A DNA stretch of 64,000 nt, taken from the NCBI GenBank assembly GCA_040905565.1, contig JBBDRF010000012.1, positions 32,001-96,000 on the forward strand. The letters run 5' to 3'. Positions 61,196-64,000 of this stretch are shown here, piece by piece (position 1 is the stretch's first letter; each line of letters begins with the position of its first letter). The DNA is from Phycisphaeraceae bacterium (lineage in GTDB: Bacteria > Planctomycetota > Phycisphaerae > Phycisphaerales > Zrk34). Made by a program: the position numbers and the translations under genes. The notes under the pieces were generated by a model that worked only from the letters and a program-made list of their open reading frames with translations, was not told where the DNA came from and did not search any database.

Positions 61196-62539
61196 TTAGA
61201 TTTCTTCCCAGCCCTGACGGGGCTGACGACGGATGAACTGGTTGGCCTGATCGAAGTTCGTGACCTTCATGTTCGGGCCATCCCATTCGAGCTTACGCCC
61301 GGAGAGCAGGGCGACGTTGCCGAGCAGGATGGTTTCGGTCATCGGGCCTGCGTAGTCGAAGTTCGAGCCGGGCTTGGGGCCGCCCTTGATGGCGTTGACG
61401 AACTCCTGGTGGTGGCCGGGCGACCGCTCAAGCAGCTGCGGGGGCCGGCCGAATTCACGGCGCTTGGCCTCGGGGATAAGACGGGGGCCGCCGCCGTAGT
61501 CACCGCTGACGAGGATGGTGCCCTTGTCGCCGATGAACAGGTTGCCGCTCTGGGGCATGCGGAGGTCCTCGTCGAGTTCGTCGGGGCGCGGGGGCAGGTT
61601 GGCCGAGCCGTCTGCCTTCTTGCCGTCGTACCAGTACGAGGTGAAGGCGGGGCGGTCGCCCTTGGCGGCGAATTCCCACTTGACGGTCGAACCGGTCGGG
61701 AATGCGTCGCCGGTGAGCCCCTCCGTCATCAGCGGTTCGACGCTGATGGGGTGGCCCGGATCGAAGGCCCAGAACAAGCCGTCCATCGTGTGGCAGGCCA
61801 TGTCGCCGAGCGCGCCGGCGCCGAAATCACGCCAGCCACGCCATGCGAAGGGATAGGTGTCCTTCGTGTAGTGACGCAGCGGCGCCGGGCCGATCCAAGT
61901 GTTCCAATCCAGGCCCGCAGGCACCGGATCGATCTGCTTCGGCCGATGCATGCCCTGCGGCCAGACCGGACGATTGGTCCAGGTGTGCGCTTCCTTCAGG
62001 TTACCGATCGCGCCGGCCCTGACGAGTTCGATCAGAACGCGCCAGCCTTCGTCGGCGTGGCCCTGGTTGCCCATCTGCGTCTGGACCTTATTCTTCTGCG
62101 CCAGTTCCGTGAGGCGACGTGCTTCCCACACTGACCAGGTCAAAGGCTTTTCACAGTAGACATGCTTGCCCAGTTCCAGGGCAGAGGCGGCGGCGTGGAA
62201 GTGAGTATGGTCGGGGGTGGCGACAAACACCGCGTCGAACTCGTTGTGATGCTTGTCGAACATCCGCCGGTAGTCGCTGTAACGCTGCGCGCTGGGCCAG
62301 GCTTCAGCGGCGTTGCTCTGGTTGGACTCCAGAACCTCTGCAAAGCAGGGGCTGTTGTGGCCCATCTGCGACATTGCCCCCACGTGAGCACCGGCTCGAC
62401 CGCCGGTGGCGACGAAGGCGAAGTTGATCTTCTCGTTAGCCGACTCCGCACGCGTCAGCTTGGGCATCACGAGCGGCAGCGTCATGCCGGCTGCACCGGC
62501 GTAACCGAGAAAAGTTCTACGGGTGGTTTTGTCTACCAT
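61196..62539 (-). CDS. Tat-exported Gfo/Idh/MocA oxidoreductase (paralogue)
   Basis: TRRTFLG Tat motif, ATPDHTH, GKHVYCEKP, TQMGNQGH, WRGWRDFGAGALGDMACH. Confidence 0.9.
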   Translation of the reverse strand: MVDKTTRRTFLGYAGAAGMTLPLVMPKLTRAESANEKINFAFVATGGRAGAHVGAMSQMGHNSPCFAEVLESNQSNAAEAWPSAQRYSDYRRMFDKHHNEFDAVFVATPDHTHFHAAASALELGKHVYCEKPLTWSVWEARRLTELAQKNKVQTQMGNQGHADEGWRVLIELVRAGAIGNLKEAHTWTNRPVWPQGMHRPKQIDPVPAGLDWNTWIGPAPLRHYTKDTYPFAWRGWRDFGAGALGDMACHTMDGLFWAFDPGHPISVEPLMTEGLTGDAFPTGSTVKWEFAAKGDRPAFTSYWYDGKKADGSANLPPRPDELDEDLRMPQSGNLFIGDKGTILVSGDYGGGPRLIPEAKRREFGRPPQLLERSPGHHQEFVNAIKGGPKPGSNFDYAGPMTETILLGNVALLSGRKLEWDGPNMKVTNFDQANQFIRRQPRQGWEEI

Positions 62540-62682
62540 TGATGACTCCGAAGTGTGAATAAATCCCCCAACAACGTGTTCCTAGTTTAGAACGTTTCGC
62601 TTTTTGATGCAACGGAATCTTTCCCCCATCAACCTTTTCCATAGCGCGTCACGGCGCTTGGCGAAGCATGCTTTTGAACCGG

Positions 62683-63666
62683 CTACACCTCTCCGAGCCA
62701 GTGCTGGCGCAGCATGCCTTGAGACCAGCCTCGGCCGAGCATCACGCCGGCGACTCCCGCCGAGGCGTAGTAGCCCGGCATCACCAGCCCGGCCGGCCAG
62801 TACTGGCCTGTGAAGTAGTTATAAAGAAGCACGGTGTGCCCCGCGCCCTGCGTGGCGATGTAGAGGTACCAGGCGAACCCGGCCACCAGCGGCGCGCAAA
62901 GGAAGACAACCGGATTGCGCACCGGCGAGATCTGGTGGGAGATCAGCCCCGCCAGAAAGTAGCTGATGCCCACGCCCCACAAGACCTGTGGCCAGTCGGC
63001 TGTGCGGACGAGCAGCGCGACGCCCAGCGAACCGAGCACGACGCAGATGAGGCCTGCCTGCAGTTCGGCGCCGATGCCTGAACGTCCCTCCATCGCATCG
63101 GCTGCCCCCCACCATGTGCGCGCCGAGGCCTCGGCCTTGCCTTCGGCGACGCCTTCGACGCGGTCGGGGGCCAGGTACTGAAGGTACGCGTTGAACTGGT
63201 ACACGATGAGCAGGATGGCCATCCACAATACCGCCCAGATCAGCATCTCGGCTGCGAAGTACCAGTAGAGACTGGTGCCGTCGGATCGTCGGAGCCAACC
63301 GTCGACTGAGCCGGCTGAGGCGACGGCGACGCTTAATCCCACCGCGACGACAAAGATGCCCGCTCCCGGTCGGCCGATGGCCGTGATCGCCAGTGCCACC
63401 ATTGCCGTGACAGCGGTGAGCGTGGCAAGCCAGAGAACCGCCACGATGGGTGAGCCCGCCAGCAGCAGCGTCAGGCCCTGCGTTCCGTCGTCGGCCTGCG
63501 CGATCGGCAAAGCCTGGAGATAGACCACGCCGCACGCCGCCGCGGCGGCGATCACGAGCAGCCGATAGACGGTCGCCGGCAAAGCCTGCCGCGTGAGCCA
63601 CCGATGCATCGACGCCTGATCTGTTCGTTCACTGGTCATCATCTGAGTCATACCGCTGGTTCCCAT
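62683..63666 (-). CDS. Hypothetical multi-pass membrane protein
   Basis: About 8 hydrophobic segments. Start uncertain (ATGs at 63666, 63651 and just downstream). Confidence 0.6.
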   Translation of the reverse strand: MGTSGMTQMMTSERTDQASMHRWLTRQALPATVYRLLVIAAAAACGVVYLQALPIAQADDGTQGLTLLLAGSPIVAVLWLATLTAVTAMVALAITAIGRPGAGIFVVAVGLSVAVASAGSVDGWLRRSDGTSLYWYFAAEMLIWAVLWMAILLIVYQFNAYLQYLAPDRVEGVAEGKAEASARTWWGAADAMEGRSGIGAELQAGLICVVLGSLGVALLVRTADWPQVLWGVGISYFLAGLISHQISPVRNPVVFLCAPLVAGFAWYLYIATQGAGHTVLLYNYFTGQYWPAGLVMPGYYASAGVAGVMLGRGWSQGMLRQHWLGEV

Positions 63667-63680
63667 GGGAAGCAAACGCC

Positions 63681-64000
63681 TTATTGTGGTGAGTGAAGCG
63701 TTGGGGCGGCGGCGTCGACGGTGCGCATGAGCGGAAGCGCCAAGGCGGCTGCGATCAAGGCGGCGAGAATCAGGGCGGTGTAGGCCCGGCCATCGATGAT
63801 GCCCGTCAGCAACAGAAGCAGAATGATGGCGATCGGCGTGGCCGACCCGCCCGCGAGCGCCGCTCCTGATTTCAACCCAGTCGACCAGGGCAGATTTGAT
63901 CCCCGTCCTGCCAGTAGCGCCCCAAGCGCCTTTCCGTCGCCGAATGCGATGAGCACCGCAAGCAGCAGCAGCCAATCGAAATCCACAAGCAGATGCACGT
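63681..64000 (-). CDS. C-terminal fragment of a membrane protein, possibly cation:proton antiporter-like
   Basis: Open to the window edge; GKALGALLAG...GIIDGRAYTALILAAL resembles CPA2 C-terminal helices. Confidence 0.4.
   Translation of the reverse strand, partial: VHLLVDFDWLLLLAVLIAFGDGKALGALLAGRGSNLPWSTGLKSGAALAGGSATPIAIILLLLLTGIIDGRAYTALILAALIAAALALPLMRTVDAAAPTLHSPQ

Overview
GC-rich bacterial chromosomal segment. The Minf_1886-type gene, the PVC-type membrane dehydrogenase and the planctomycete-style prepilins suggest Planctomycetota, possibly Phycisphaerae (inference). Contents in order: (1) a sialic-acid utilisation operon (GntR-type regulator, NanA, a NanM-like Kelch domain fused to a sodium:solute symporter, AGE 2-epimerase); (2) ABC/MFS transporters and a methyltransferase; (3) an XylR-type regulator divergent from a lipoprotein dehydrogenase that ends in an azurin-type copper domain rather than a cytochrome c; (4) rny preceded by a ~425-nt structured region containing a 185-nt 6S-RNA-like rod; (5) a 15-kb type IV filament locus (PilB-1 with an internal 6x hexapeptide repeat, PilT, PilB-2, PilC, five prepilins and a 1180-aa PilX/GspK-like subunit), with a REP-doublet-like element inserted in frame in one prepilin leader; (6) a TPR-SPOR lipoprotein, an acyl-AMP ligase, an amidase/transaminase/GabT/GabD catabolic cluster, an atypical sialidase-fold protein, pdxH, miaB, an MFS-acyltransferase fusion and two tandem Tat-exported Gfo/Idh/MocA oxidoreductases. 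No rRNA, tRNA, CRISPR array or transposase was seen. All calls come from motif recognition by eye; no searches were run.
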